The notes beneath the pieces are model-generated. The model saw nothing but the letters and a program-made list of their open reading frames with translations. It was not told the DNA's origin and made no database searches. The translations under genes and the position numbers were made by a program. Source: Lingula anatina (taxonomy: Eukaryota > Animalia > Brachiopoda). Taken from it: a stretch of DNA of 64,000 nucleotides. Positions 25,646-38,412 of this stretch are shown here, in pieces (the stretch's first letter is position 1; each line of letters starts with the position of its first letter). The DNA lies in contig CM120643.1 in assembly GCA_051362555.1 (NCBI GenBank), positions 5,394,001-5,458,000 on the forward strand, given 5' to 3'.

Positions 25646-28600
25646 TTATGCCTTCACTGTCGGCAGTTCTGATGTCTTCTCTGTATTTAGTTCTCGACCA
25701 GGCGTCTGCCTCTTCTGCAAGGCCTCCACTGTGACGTAGCCCCCCATGCCCAGGGCCAAAGTGCCAATAAGGATGTACACCTTTACATAGACACAGAGCT
25801 GGAAACTGAAGACGTAGGCCAACATGAATCCAGCTGACTCCCACATGCGGTAGTTAGAGAACGCTGCCGCCTGGTTGTTGTGAAACACTACTCCATATAA
25901 CGCTGAAAAAATATTTTTCATTATTTTTTAAAGCTTCTGGGAGCACATAACTGAAACTCTTACATTAATGAAGTTAGAGAATGAAAATGACCTGGGCTTT
26001 GTCCTCTCCACCTTAAATTGCCACTGTCATAGCTGATGTCTTTAACCATAAAATTTAACTACACTAATACTGTGAAAATAAAAGAATATAACGGTATGTT
26101 CCTTTTCTATATGTGCGATTAAAATTGCATAAAACAGATATATCAGAATCGACAGTAAATTACTGAAAAACTAGGTTTTACTTTTTTGGCTTTTTTGTTT
26201 TGTTTTGTCTTGTTTTCTTGCCTTTCCTAATCTCTCTCTCTCTCTCCCTCCCTCCCTCACTCACTCTCTCTCTTTCTCAGTGAAAAAATGGCTTTCAAAC
26301 AGACATTTGGTAGTGTCTCTACTCAAGAAGTTATAACTTCTTGATCCGTCAATGCTTGTGGCTTAGGCTACATTGATCAGTACCATTAATTTGAGTTTGC
26401 CATATAGCGTCTCCCATCCCCCAAAGTCCTGCAAACACAAACAGCAAAGCTAGGCTGTCTGAGGTGGGCTGCCATGTTAAAAACACCACTTGCAGCGACA
26501 GATGTAGGAAAGAACCTGAAGTTAAATAAGTAATGGTAATTATGCAGCAACTGTGCCTATGCACCTATTAACATACATTTGGTTTCATAAGACAGCAAAG
26601 CTGTCTCATGGGCAGGCAGAAGATAAAGATAAAGAAGCAACCTAACAATGGAAGCGTACAAAGACGTTTGTGTCAATGTAAATGCAACGTTTATGATAAA
26701 AACATCGGCATGATCACCAGTTCTTTATAATGTACTACTTTGTATATTTGGAAAATATAGTATGCACGACAGACAACACACGCAGGTGATAGCTATATGT
26801 CCAGACACGGTGTCCAGGCCCGTAGCCAACGATTTCAAAAAGGGGGGTCTTTTACCATGTCACCTTTGTCTAACTAGACTAAATTTTACCCAGAAGGGAC
26901 CTTTTCCCGGCAAAAAGGGGGGTTCTTTCGAACCCTCCCCGACCCCCCCCCCCCCACCCCTGGCTACGGGCCTGGTGTCTGTCCATTAAGATATGTATGC
27001 TCCCACATGAACACCAATGTGTTATGTTTTATTTTCAAGCAAGTTTTGTGCCAAAGGCTGCTTTATTTTTAACATTCTTGTGCATGAAGCAGTACAGAGT
27101 GAAATGTCATTGAATGGTTGTGACTACTCTTTTAACAAAATGTTTATCAAAACACGTGATAAGAAATACCAAACAATGAAATATAATACCACTGAACTTT
27201 TCTTGTGTAACACGTGTCAACATTAATTATACGTTGATTCGCAAACATATTTCTCAATATTAGATTCGTGTTTTATCTAATCCAAGAGAAAGAATTAGTT
27301 ACCAAAAACGAAAAATGGAATTCTTCCAATGTCTTTCACCAACTTCCCAAAACCAAAGGAACATACGGCATCTACGGCAGCATTGCAAAGCATCACGTAG
27401 CCCACATTCCAAATACCTTCACTGCAACTCACATACGACTGAAATGATATATCATTAAACAAAGGAAAATGCTTCATAAAAACCATGGCTTATTCACCAT
27501 GCACACGCATTCATACAGAATATGCCCCATATTCATTTCTAACAGTTTCAGTAAAATCACAGATTACTTAATTTGACTAAGCCCATTTGAATATCTATGG
27601 GCCAATTTCAAGAACAGTTTTAAAGTTTTTTCAACCACGTTTAAACCTGAAATTATTCAGAAGTTTTGTTCATAAATAAAACAGCAGATGAATGCGCATG
27701 TAGTATGTTAATTCTGAATATGCTTGAATTAATTCTACCGTCTTTCACAGATTGACATGTCAATAAGTTTTTCATTATAAATCTGCAGAAACCACAAAAT
27801 AAGCTGGAATTCTGCTAAACTATTTATATCGAGGTGTCATTAAAACAACATGCCGCAAACTTGTGTTTCACCCAGGTGCCATAATTAAGAATAGATCTTC
27901 AATAAAAAAAGCCGTCAGCTATTTTGTCCTAACCTTCGGAGACATTAAAACGTCAAATTTGGATCAAAGCTTTGTTCTCAAAAATATGTAGAAACATTGC
28001 AATGTTTTAAAAATTGATTTAATCAGAAAGATTACTCAGTTTTAAGATGTCTGTTTTTATGTTTTAGAGATAAGTGTAATGTGTAAGATGACTTTAATTG
28101 TAGATGATTGTATTTTATAGACAATGAGAGAAGAATAAAAAAATAACTTCGTTTTCGTAACTGTAATTTCCTCGCGGCACAGCTCTTTGATACGATGTAA
28201 AATCTGAAAAAAAAAAAAAGAAGTATGGACTTTTAACCATATTTAGGAACAAATTCCCTTTAACCCAAAATAAGTTAAGGCTTAGCGATCCTGACGGAAA
28301 GAGGGTGATAATCAAAACCCAAACTCCAATGACAAATAGAAAATGCCTGCACTAAGACGCGATCGAACATGAGATACATGTCTTTTTTGAGTGAATGTGA
28401 GCATTTAGCCGAGAGAAAACTGTTGTTTGTTGCTGTACCTGAGGTAAATATGAAGTCTTTAACAGACAGTGACATGCAGTATGTGATGAGAAAATTTACA
28501 CAGAAATAAAGACGTTCAGGTGATCAGTTTTGTTTTTGGGTTTAGTAGTATTAGAGAGCCTGTAATTATATCTTTATTAAACCATATTTATTTAGGATTT

Positions 28601-30749
28601 CGTAATGAATAATTAAACCGCAGCCAGCCGTTACTTTTTACTTTTTCATCTCTTGCAAGGTGCAAACTAGCCAGGGAAGTCATGTATATACATGTACTTC
28701 ATTGTAGCACTATCGTGGTACATCTGACTTTGTCTAAGTGAATTTATAAAACTTACTTTTGTGAAATCTCCACCTATAAATCCTTGTTCCAACCCACTAT
28801 ACAGGGTGAGAGGGATGAGCAGAAGCTGCTCACGTCTCCTCGTTTGTTGAAACGTGGCCGTGAGAAGCTGCACTGAAATCAGAGGCCGTTTCTTGCCTGG
28901 TGTATCTGGGTGTGCGGCCAGTCGGTCAAGAAATGTCACAAGTATTAAGATCGCCACTACCCCACTTGCTACGTACATTCCGCACAGAGTGTAAATCTGG
29001 AGGAAAATAAGCATAACACGTGTATACTAGAGAAATGTGTTTAATTTTTATTGCATTGTATTTTTGGACGATGAAAATATGATTGAGAATAACCGAGTAG
29101 AGTTAAAACTTTCATGTATACAAGTTACAACAGCATGTGGCAGTCAACTCCAATGAAAGATGACACATTATTTTACCAACCGATAATATGAAGTTAGGTG
29201 CGTTTATCTCCAACAATTACACATTAAAGATGTTGATTAGCTCTCTATTAGCCTGATGTGAATTTTGGCCAGTGTGTGTTGTGCAGACTTGATATGGTCA
29301 AAAGTCACCGAAAGCATCTTATCAAAACATTTTCTAGCTTTAACTTGTGAGGCCTCAGAAATAATTTAATACATATTTGAAAAAAAAATTAATTATTAAA
29401 TCGCTGATAAAAGACATCGAAAACATTACCATAATGCATCTTTTGGCTCAAACTTGCGTGGCCTCAGAAATATCTTAAAAGCATTTTGATAGAGAGGTTT
29501 AAGAAAGTATCAAACGGAAGAGCTTTGTAAAAGGCGCAATCCTGAAAATTTTCACGAGTAATCTAATTTAGTGAAATAAATTGAAAATGTAACGTTGTTG
29601 TCTATTTAATTCATTTAAAATGTAGAATAATTATGAATTGGTTAATCTCATGACACTCTTCTAAAGCTACAACTTCTAAATATACAGCGCAAAAACAATG
29701 CCAAGGGACTAAAATCCCTATAGTTCGAAATGAGTCCGACAAGGACATCGAATCTTTTATGAAGGACTCTAAGTGAAAGGTGTCCAAAGCTCTCTTATTT
29801 CCATTACATCATACTCCAGAACACGCGTTTCTATGAATGGGGACCTAGCCCATGTATTCCCCGAGAAGTCAGTTATATAACGCTTGATGCACTCTTTTAG
29901 ATATTACAAAGTTCTAAGTTTAAATGAAAATCCCATGGTAAAACGATTGTGTAACATCATATAACTGTTATGTAATGTTTTTAAAGGCACCGTCATTATA
30001 TATTTCAGAAAAATTCATTTCATTTAAGGAATTTGATTTGCCTGCAAACATGCATGTGAAAATATTTTCATGACATTTCAGCAATTTGTTGATGCAATTT
30101 GTTTGAAATGTTTAAAAAAAGAGAGTCAAAATGTTTTGCTGTACCTGGGGACGGGATTTTCTTAAAAAGCTACTTACTGTCTCTGCCGGTGGCCTTTTTA
30201 GACCTGCGTGTGTCACATTTCCCAAATCCTCATCTCCCGTGCAATAGGAGGCGCCACATCTGTCGAGAAGTTCTTTGGAAATTTCTGTTTCGTTCTCCGG
30301 TTTTTGACTCAAAATCAGAGAAGATGCGAAATTACCCAACATGACACCTAGAAAAGAAAGAGAGAGAATTGTCCAATATATACTGTTTACTTTTAGGGAT
30401 CATTTCTATTAGCAATGAAACAAGTTAGGTAACACAGGGCCTTGAAGTGCGGGGGAGGGGGGGGAGGAGGGGTAGCGGGTCGATTTGTGAAATGTTACCC
30501 TTTTTCCTATCAGGAGTCTCTTACTTTTCCTTCGGTCAGTGTCTCGATGAAAAACACTAAGGGTTGAACTTCCAAACCGAAAGTACATGTACGTTGAGCA
30601 GAGAGAACTACGTCATTTTACTTCTTTTACACACAGTGCAATTTAAATAATGTCCACGTTACTATCTTGACTTTTCTCGTCTCAAATGTGCCTATTAAAT
30701 AGACCACAGGTGCTGAGCCTACTTATGCCCCAGGGCTGTAGTGTGCGCG

Positions 30750-30792
<43 letters not shown>

Positions 30793-31943
30793 GGGGGGGG
30801 GTTCGAGGGTTTCGAACTGAACACCACTTTTGCCGGTGTAACAGGAATGGAAGTCCGCTAGGAACCGTAGTCCGCTTCCCATTACTTTGTACGGGTGACA
30901 TTGTCCCAATATTCCAACTTACCGTTGCCTGTACTAATCATATGGGAGTCCGGACTTCCATGCCTGTAACACCGGGCTCCACAAAAGCTGTAATTACATG
31001 TACTTTGTGCATTATTATTTTAGTGGACTGTGTGTTAAAAGACAAAATACCAATCTTATCTCTACTCAACGCAATTGCGGCTTTGGAGTTCAACCCACTT
31101 GCACAAAAAGTTGAAATACAAATAACCTGCTTAGCTGCTCCAAATATTTTCCTCCGTCCACTGGCCAGGAACATCACTGGACAGAAATATTAATGACAGT
31201 TGACGTATGTGATGAGAAAATTTACACAGAAATAAAGACGTTCAGGTGATCAGTTTTTGTTTGACCAAAATGCGTGCACTGCACATTTTCTGTAAGGAGG
31301 TAGTTTTAAAAAAGTCAGAAACAACTTAAATGAAAATGGTGTGTGGAATATTGTAGGATACATTTCTAATACAAGATTTATACGTACTTGTTTGAAAGCA
31401 TCCGAAGAAAATGCCAAAAAATCTATTCACTACGGCAGTGGCGGTTTCTCCAGTCAGTTTTGCATATTGGAGCGCTAACTCTGTCAAATATGTACACTTG
31501 GCAGCCCACAGGGGTGCAGCACCCAGCCCCATGATTAAGGAGGCCGGCACCATTGTACCCCAAACGGCGTAGAAATTTCCTGCAATGTAGAGTACATAAC
31601 AGAACATCGCCGTGACGATCGTCCATTTGCATCCAAGAAGAGATATCATGGGAGATGGAACAAATAGGCATGACACTATCACCGCAATGGAGACAATGGC
31701 AAGACCATACACTCCCAGCCCTTCATCTTTGTTTAAACTACTCTGCAGCGCAAACAAGGATTGGACTGCTGCAAACATAAAAACAAAAGCCACACACAAG
31801 AGTGTTAAGTTCTTTATGATTTTTTTCTTGGGGAAGACGATAGAATGGACATCAGCGTTTTCAAAAATTTCCTTCGAAAGAATTTCTCTGGACGAGTCGC
31901 ACCCATCACTAGCTCCGGATGACGCAGCTTCTGGAGAGTTCAT
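25646..31943 (-). CDS. UNC93A: UNC-93-like protein A (MFS-fold membrane protein), ~496 aa, 6 coding exons (31943-31388, 30347-30178, 28996-28757, 27438-27303, 26515-26384, 25902-25646)
   Basis: All junctions are GT-AG and in frame. Family motifs LQSSLN..EGLG, GLGAAPLWAAKCTYLT, RFFGIFF, LLIPLTLYSGLEQGF, GLWGMGDAIWQTQIN and AAFSNYRMWESAGF. Probable 5' non-coding exon with donor cag|gtaagt at ~33786 and acceptor at 32080. Confidence 0.93.
26815..26974. mobile_element. hAT-like MITE with 5-bp TSD (GTGTC) in a UNC93A intron
   Basis: Perfect 14-bp TIRs CAGGCCCGTAGCCA / TGGCTACGGGCCTG; GTGTC at 26810-26814 and 26975-26979. Confidence 0.82.
28479..28535. repeat. ~57-bp dispersed direct repeat, second copy at 31205-31262
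   Basis: GTATGTGATGAGAAAATTTACACAGAAATAAAGACGTTCAGGTGATCAGTTTT is identical in two UNC93A introns. Confidence 0.85.
30833..30975. mobile_element. MITE, family A copy 2
   Basis: TIRs CCGGTGTAACAGGAATGGAAGTCCG / CGGACTTCCATGCCTGTAACACCGG; homologous to 20903-21067. Confidence 0.8.
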
Positions 31944-32606
31944 CCTTCGCAGTGCCTTGCTGGAAAGTTTAACACCCGTGGAAATTAGATCCCCTGGAAG
32001 TTTTTTCTCACAACGAAAGCTGTCTGTTCCGTTCGTTTTTGATGTTTTTCATTCCAGCATCCCTTTCTTTTTTCGTCACCTAAAATCACCAAAAATTGTA
32101 TAGTACGAATGTGTCATACAGCAATTGCAAAAACAGCAGAATTTCACATTCGTCTAGAATACCGTGCGCTAGTAGGGCTCCATGTGTAAGTCAGTCCCCA
32201 TTGCGCCACTTTAGAGCAGATGACACAGCATTAAGAAGGGGGCTGCCTATATTTGCCCTCTCAAATCACAAGTCATTGTTGGACTGAATGGCATCCAAAG
32301 TGACAGAAAAACCCTGAAATATCTTAAGAACACATACCGTCTATGACAGATTCGCATCTTACTAAACAATTTTGTAGCTAAGTACTATGCAATTTTGTAG
32401 CTAAGTACTATGCAACTAACCTAGATGAATGTTAAATGAAAACAATTGGTGTAGCGATCTCAGAATAATCATGCAAAAGCTACAGTTAGAAGATATGTTC
32501 AATATGCGGTCCGCAGTAGACTTCGAGCTGTCATTAGGGAAAATTATCGAATTGTAAAAGGTGTTATGGAAAAACAATATTCTGAAAAAGTCAAAGGTAA
32601 GAACAT

Positions 32607-33065
32607 ATGTGCTTCACTTGTGAGTCATATGTTAGGTTGTCTATGGGTAAGGCATTAAGATCAGTACTACGCCAATTTAGATGCGGAATACTGCCGCTGA
32701 GACTAGAGGCTGGCCGCTACGTGGGGGAAGAGGCTTCGCCCCGCCTTTGCAAATTGTGTGATAAGAACATGGTTGAGGATGAGCTTCATTTTGTTTTGGT
32801 ATGTCCCCTATACGAGGACATACGCTGTAAGATTATGGGAGACTTGGACTGTAATCATGTTGACAGGGAGGATTTATCCAAAATACTGATTGACTTAATT
32901 GAAAATATACCTAAAGACATGGCAATTTATTTTAAGAGCAGTTTTAGTTTAAGGCAGTCAGTGCTATTTAGGGCTCAAGAGTTTAGTGTAGCATAAATTA
33001 TAAATTTGCTTAAGTTATAACTTTCAACCTTAATCTTAGTTTTTTGTTTTGTTTTGTTTTGTTTC
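32607..33065 (+). mobile_element. 5'-truncated non-LTR retrotransposon (LINE, CR1/L2-group-like) 3' fragment
   Basis: ORF 32607-32996 contains FRCGILPLRLEAGRY...RLCKLCDKNMVEDELHFVLVCPLYEDIR, the C-terminal CCHC region typical of LINE ORF2. No RT core upstream. Confidence 0.8.
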
Positions 33066-33147
33066 TGATATGTGTGCAAAGTTCGGTGACTTGTAGGCCC
33101 ATGAGGCCGGGTGATCTATATATCTATATATGTAGCTTTGACTTTTA

Positions 33148-33381
33148 GGGACCATTCCCACACCCTATTGTACTAACTGTGAATCGATCTATCTCCAAGG
33201 GGATTCTCGCTAAATTGCAATCACCTTAAGCTGCTTAGATGTCTGTCACGCCTGCTGAGGCTGCTACGAGGTAATTAATTATCGTTTAGCAGCTTCAGTA
33301 GGCGTGCCAGACATCGAAGCCGCTTAAGCTGAAACCCCTTGGAGATGGATCGATCCTGTAAGATCGTTCTAGGTATGGGAA
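33148..33381. repeat. ~230-bp imperfect palindrome (foldback MITE-like)
   Basis: Arms ATCGATCTATCTCCAAGGGG...CTTAAGCTGCTTAGATGTCTGTCACGCCTGCTGAGGCTGCTA and TAGCAGCTTCAGTAGGCGTGCCAGACATCGAAGCCGCTTAAG...CCCCTTGGAGATGGATCGAT flank a TAATTAATTA centre. The left terminus recurs at ~40768. Confidence 0.85.
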
Positions 33382-36300
33382 CTCAGTCTTAATCTAAAGT
33401 GCCGCAGTATATTGTATTCTACTGTTCATTGACCGGCACACAGCATTTTCTTCTTACTGGTCTGTTTTTCTATCACCATGTACCTTTGAAATAATTTGAA
33501 ATAACCCTGGTCACCTTACATAGCCTACTGAAGAATTCAACCCAAAAGGTTTTATAAAATGCTTTATAAGCAGCTGAGCTTTGACCCCCCTTTTCATGGT
33601 TTTCGTCACGTTAGCCAACCGAGGATATCAATCAGGATAGCATCTGAACCGTCTTTTTATTTGCACATCAACACTACCGGCGTTAAAAAACTGATGGTCT
33701 GTGTAAATGAAGTCCGTCTTTCTTTCGGTTCATAGAGGTTAAGGCTAGTGTGACGTAAGTGGATAAAATCTAAGATGTGACTTACCTGTACAAATCACTG
33801 GAAACCAGACCCTGTATCACGGGGGACTCTCTCGTACAAGGCACCGTACGCTATATGATACACATGCACTGCTGTGTGTGTTTGCGTCATGTCATGCGAC
33901 CTGATCATTTTACTAACCGGTTAACAGTACTTGGTGCAGGTTAAGCCATGCCTTATCTTTGAAACCTCTGATCTTTTGGACTGCTTCTTTAAATCATACA
34001 TATACACAATGGCTCATTTTTATCAGGCTAAGGTAAGTAAAATGCTGAACAATTGGTTGTCACAAATTAGCAAAGACACGCTGTATGTTGCGTACAGTTT
34101 TACCTGTGTTGTTTACTTCTTTGGATGTCCAGCAACACAACATATGGCTCCCATTGTAAATGTACCTATAATTAAAAGTATGTCATCTCAATGACTCTGA
34201 TGAACGGCCTGAACCGTACACTGAAGCCGTATTCCGTACATGTATGCTGCACTTGGGAAGAGACAGTTATCTTCGTATAGGACAGAAGTAGTTCGTGGCA
34301 TAGGGAACGAACTTTTCATAGGGAGCCATCCATTCAGGAATAATATAACTATCGACAGGGGTGGAAAAACGGCAAAAATATGTCTTTCAAAGACTTAGAT
34401 TCGAAGCATGTAGACAAACAGAAGCAAAAACATATCCTCTTTGGCGACGGTAAAAATGAAATATAAATACGATAACAGTCTGCAACGTTAGCCACTGGTC
34501 GATGTGATTTGTTGTGAATTTCATCATTGTTAGATAGGACTATGGTAAAGCCTTTCATCCGGGTAAATTTCATATGTTAATGCAAAACATGATGTTATTT
34601 CAGCCAATGACATGCACACAGCTTTGTCTTCGCCTTGATGGATCAGAGACTGCCATGCAGCTGTTGTGGACATTAGGAAAGGTGTACAGTCAATCCGAAA
34701 GAGGCACATTTTTCCGTTCCCGAGACTTATGAGCTGCTCAAAAATTTGGTTGCGGAAGATATACGCAAAACATACGCAATGCATAAGCAATACATATGCA
34801 ATACATGCGTTGTTTTCTGCTCTTATCCGCAACTCACAGGTAAATTGTGGCTTCCTAGCAGACTAGGAGAGCATGTATGGAGTATGTCAACCATAAGTAG
34901 AGCACCCCTATCACGTGCATTTCACGAATGTAAATAATATATTGCGTATATTACGGATCTAAGCGTTTCTGTTGCGCTTTTGTTCGTGATACATACACAA
35001 TACATTATTCATATATTCGTAATTCATACTGTTCTTCTCAGCATAGCATACTATTGCGGAAAATTTGACATTTTGATCAGTTCTGTTGCGAATGACAACG
35101 AAGGCCCGAATCCCAAGAAAATTTGTATCCGCAATTCATCCTCACGATGTGTTACCAGGCCTTTAGGCCCCGATAGTGCTCCAGCTGGTTGGGGACTGAT
35201 GCTAATATTGGAGGGTCAAAAGGTTCTCCAGTCAAGTCATTTCTTCACAGTGGATTTAAAAACATAATTGAAACAGAAAAGAAGGAATATCCAACTGATC
35301 TCTGTAAAAAAATGAAGAGTATGATGAATAAAAAACAAACAAGGAACTGTTCAGCAAAGATGAGTGGCAGAGTGTTCAGCTAATCATTGGTTATATTTCA
35401 CGTTTAAATATTTTAAACATGTGGGAAGCTAGATGTAGTGCACAGTGATGGTAGTGATGAAGATGCACCGGATAAAGCCTTTCAGAGGCAGACATTAAAG
35501 CAACAGATCAATGAAATGGCAAATATAGATAAAAGGCTTTTTCATTTCCTTTTTTTTTAATCTGTAGCCATATAAATTGTACATATTCAGCACAGTATCC
35601 TTTAACTAAATGCAGATTATAGATAAGTCAATTTTTCATTCAGGTTTTTGAAACTTGTAATGATGTATATAATGTAAATATAAGATGTATAGAATCTGCC
35701 CCTGTATATGTATTTTCGCTACATATAATTCTTTTAAAGCAATTTGTTTTTCTAATGACAAGAGATGGGAATAGATAAAAACATCATTTATATTGCATCT
35801 GAAATGAATGTTTCAATAAAAAATAACCTGTAAAGTATGATCTTGGCTCAGTCTTTTGGGGACAGGGGAACTGGGTCCCATGCTACAGTAGTGCCGCTGT
35901 ACTAACCTCCCTCGCCAGACATATTGGAAAGTTGAAAGCTAACCCAGCTAACCCATTTTATAAGTGATATGACCACAGTTTAAATCTACCCCATTTTTAA
36001 ATGTTTGAAATGGGTGTACTTCAGTGCATTGAAGGAATTCTTAATGGGGGTGCTGATATTACACAACGAAGGTAACATTATGCAACAGTCACAGAGCTCG
36101 TTCCCAATGAAACTATCATACTTGTAAAGAGTAGCTCACCCTCAGGGACCCTATCCAGGGCAGATCCGTAGATATTTTCTGACAGTCTTCCTATTTACTA
36201 TTTACCTTATTTTTATCCATCCTCCACCGCCCCCCCCCGACCCCCCCCACAGCCCCCCCCCCCCCCCCCCCCCCCCACACACACACACGTATGATCTAAA

Positions 36301-36845
36301 CCATAGTCTCATCGCATCTTTTGTCTCCGAAGTTTGTAAGACAGTCACGGAAGACGGTAACAGCCAAAGTAAAGATAAGATAAAAATTTATTTTAACGTG
36401 TTCCGACAGAAAAAAATTAGATGCCCGCCAATGTAAACTTGAAACAGAGATCTTATCTCCACTGTAGGACCCAAAATATCTTCTATCCTAGCAGAGACAC
36501 TGCAACCCTAAGGGTCCTGGAGTTTCAGGGTCCTAAAGTGCTTATTTTTACTACAAATTGTCAATGATATTATGAAAAGTATTTCGCATATTTTCAATTT
36601 TTTTAAAGAAACGGGTAACAGCTATTTTGCCTAATATACCTAGGCTTTTTTTGCCTTTAAAAGGAATTAGAGTCGTACTGATATCAAGCGTCTGCTTTCT
36701 AGCTCAGGCTTAAACGGTTTTCATTTATTCCAACCAGTCTTAAATAAGTAACGATTCCATTTAAGGGACATGGGAATACTACCACATGCCTTGTTTGCAG
36801 CGTGAGTGAAATGTCACGAGAGGTCAAGAAAGTCGTGCCTTTACA

Positions 36846-36852
36846 TATATAA
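36846..36852 (+). promoter_or_regulatory. Candidate TATA box of the secreted mosaic-protein gene
   Basis: TATATAA ~80 bp upstream of ATG 36927. Confidence 0.4.
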
Positions 36853-36926
36853 CCAATAGACTATTACGACAATATTAATCCACGCGCTGACACTGTAAGA
36901 AGACTCTTCAAAAGACAAGGACGAAT

Positions 36927-38377
36927 ATGTTGTTCGCTTTAACTGTGGTATTTTGTGCTTCGGCTGCTTTTGCAGGTTAGTTGTATTTCAGTTTTGTTGG
37001 TTAATTTTTCTAAGCCAGTTTTTGTGGATACCTTTCTTAATTAATTTCTCCTGATGAGCGAGAGTATTTTCATATTTTGCCGACAATGGTTTGATGGGTT
37101 ATTCGCAGAACAAAAGCGTTAGGTTATTTTTGTCAGTCTTCTTCCAGTAACACACTTAGTGTTTTCTAATGCTTTTCGGTTTTGAAATATACAGTTCACC
37201 TTCGAGTTAAACTATGTTATAGTAAGTGAGATAGGAGTAATGAGGAGAGGGACGTTGGCTTTGTTATATTTCTTCTTCCAAAGTGCACCGACATTTTGAC
37301 TGATACAACGCAACGCTTAATAATTTGATGATACTTTTTTCAATATGATTTCATGTGATTAATTATCATTAGATATGGGAATCACTTGGATTAATTGTGT
37401 TTTTTTTTAATTTTCATGACAAATTGGCAAAATAATTATGATTATTATTATTATTCGTGACTAGAATCAATAACATAAAATAACCAAACTCGTAGTGTGT
37501 AGCACCATGCAAAGTGCTCCATCACAAACGTTTTACTAAACAGAAACTGTGTCAAAATTCACAGGGACACTCACTTTCTTTTTTACGATATATTAGTAAT
37601 TTGAAAAATATTACAATTCTTTAAAGATAGTAGGCCTACTAGAGCTGTGAAAATTTAACGTTAAGTCGTGTTCTTGATATCTGAGCAGTCCCGATGCCGT
37701 GTTATCTGCTCTCTGCGTGAAATCTCACTGCTGTTCAACCACCTGGTGTAAAGCGTGTAATCGTCTTATTGTGCATCGTCCATTTGAGTTTCAGATAATT
37801 CCCCTGATGAACATGAAACAATTCATTTATCAATTAGTATTAAATGTAGAGTTTCATCCTGCTCTTGATTAGACGACGAGAAAAATGTGAAACAAATACC
37901 AGCCTCTGTCTAGGGGAACATGTATTATTATAAATGCTTTCTTAATAGTTATTTTGAGTTACGTCGTCTTCCGATTGTCTTGATATTAATGTATATTGTA
38001 TTTTCATGTTGTCTTATTTCATTTCACAGCCCCCGACTTCACAGTGTGCAAACATAACGGAGAGGAGTACAAACAGGGCGAGGAATGGCACCCCTCGGAT
38101 GACATCGTCTGTCAATGTATCTCTGCAGTCAATAACGCCACTTCCTGCACCAGCATGTACGTACTGCATGTTTGAAACAATACCAACAACAATTAAGATA
38201 CAGCGTAAATATTTGTACTATCAGGAATGTTGAATTAATATGCATTTGAAGTATAATTATATTATAAATGCGTTTAACCGGTATTGTAAAGTTAAAAGTT
38301 TGTCGAAACAGTAAATTAACCCCACGTTTTTCTGATGGTATTTTTATTAAAAGTTCATTAAAGGTAGGCATCCCTTT

Positions 38378-38412
<35 letters not shown>

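Noticed and set aside
30682-31193. ORFs with CVCVCV or HTHTHT runs (also 20576, 38129, 47503, 52235)
   Set aside because: Translations of (CA/TG)n microsatellites.
32049-32051. In-frame TGA as selenocysteine or readthrough codon
   Set aside because: Context TGA-AAA is not a readthrough motif, no SECIS was identified, and UNC93 proteins are not known selenoproteins.
31612-32103. 163-aa plus-strand ORF
   Set aside because: Antisense shadow of UNC93A exon 1.
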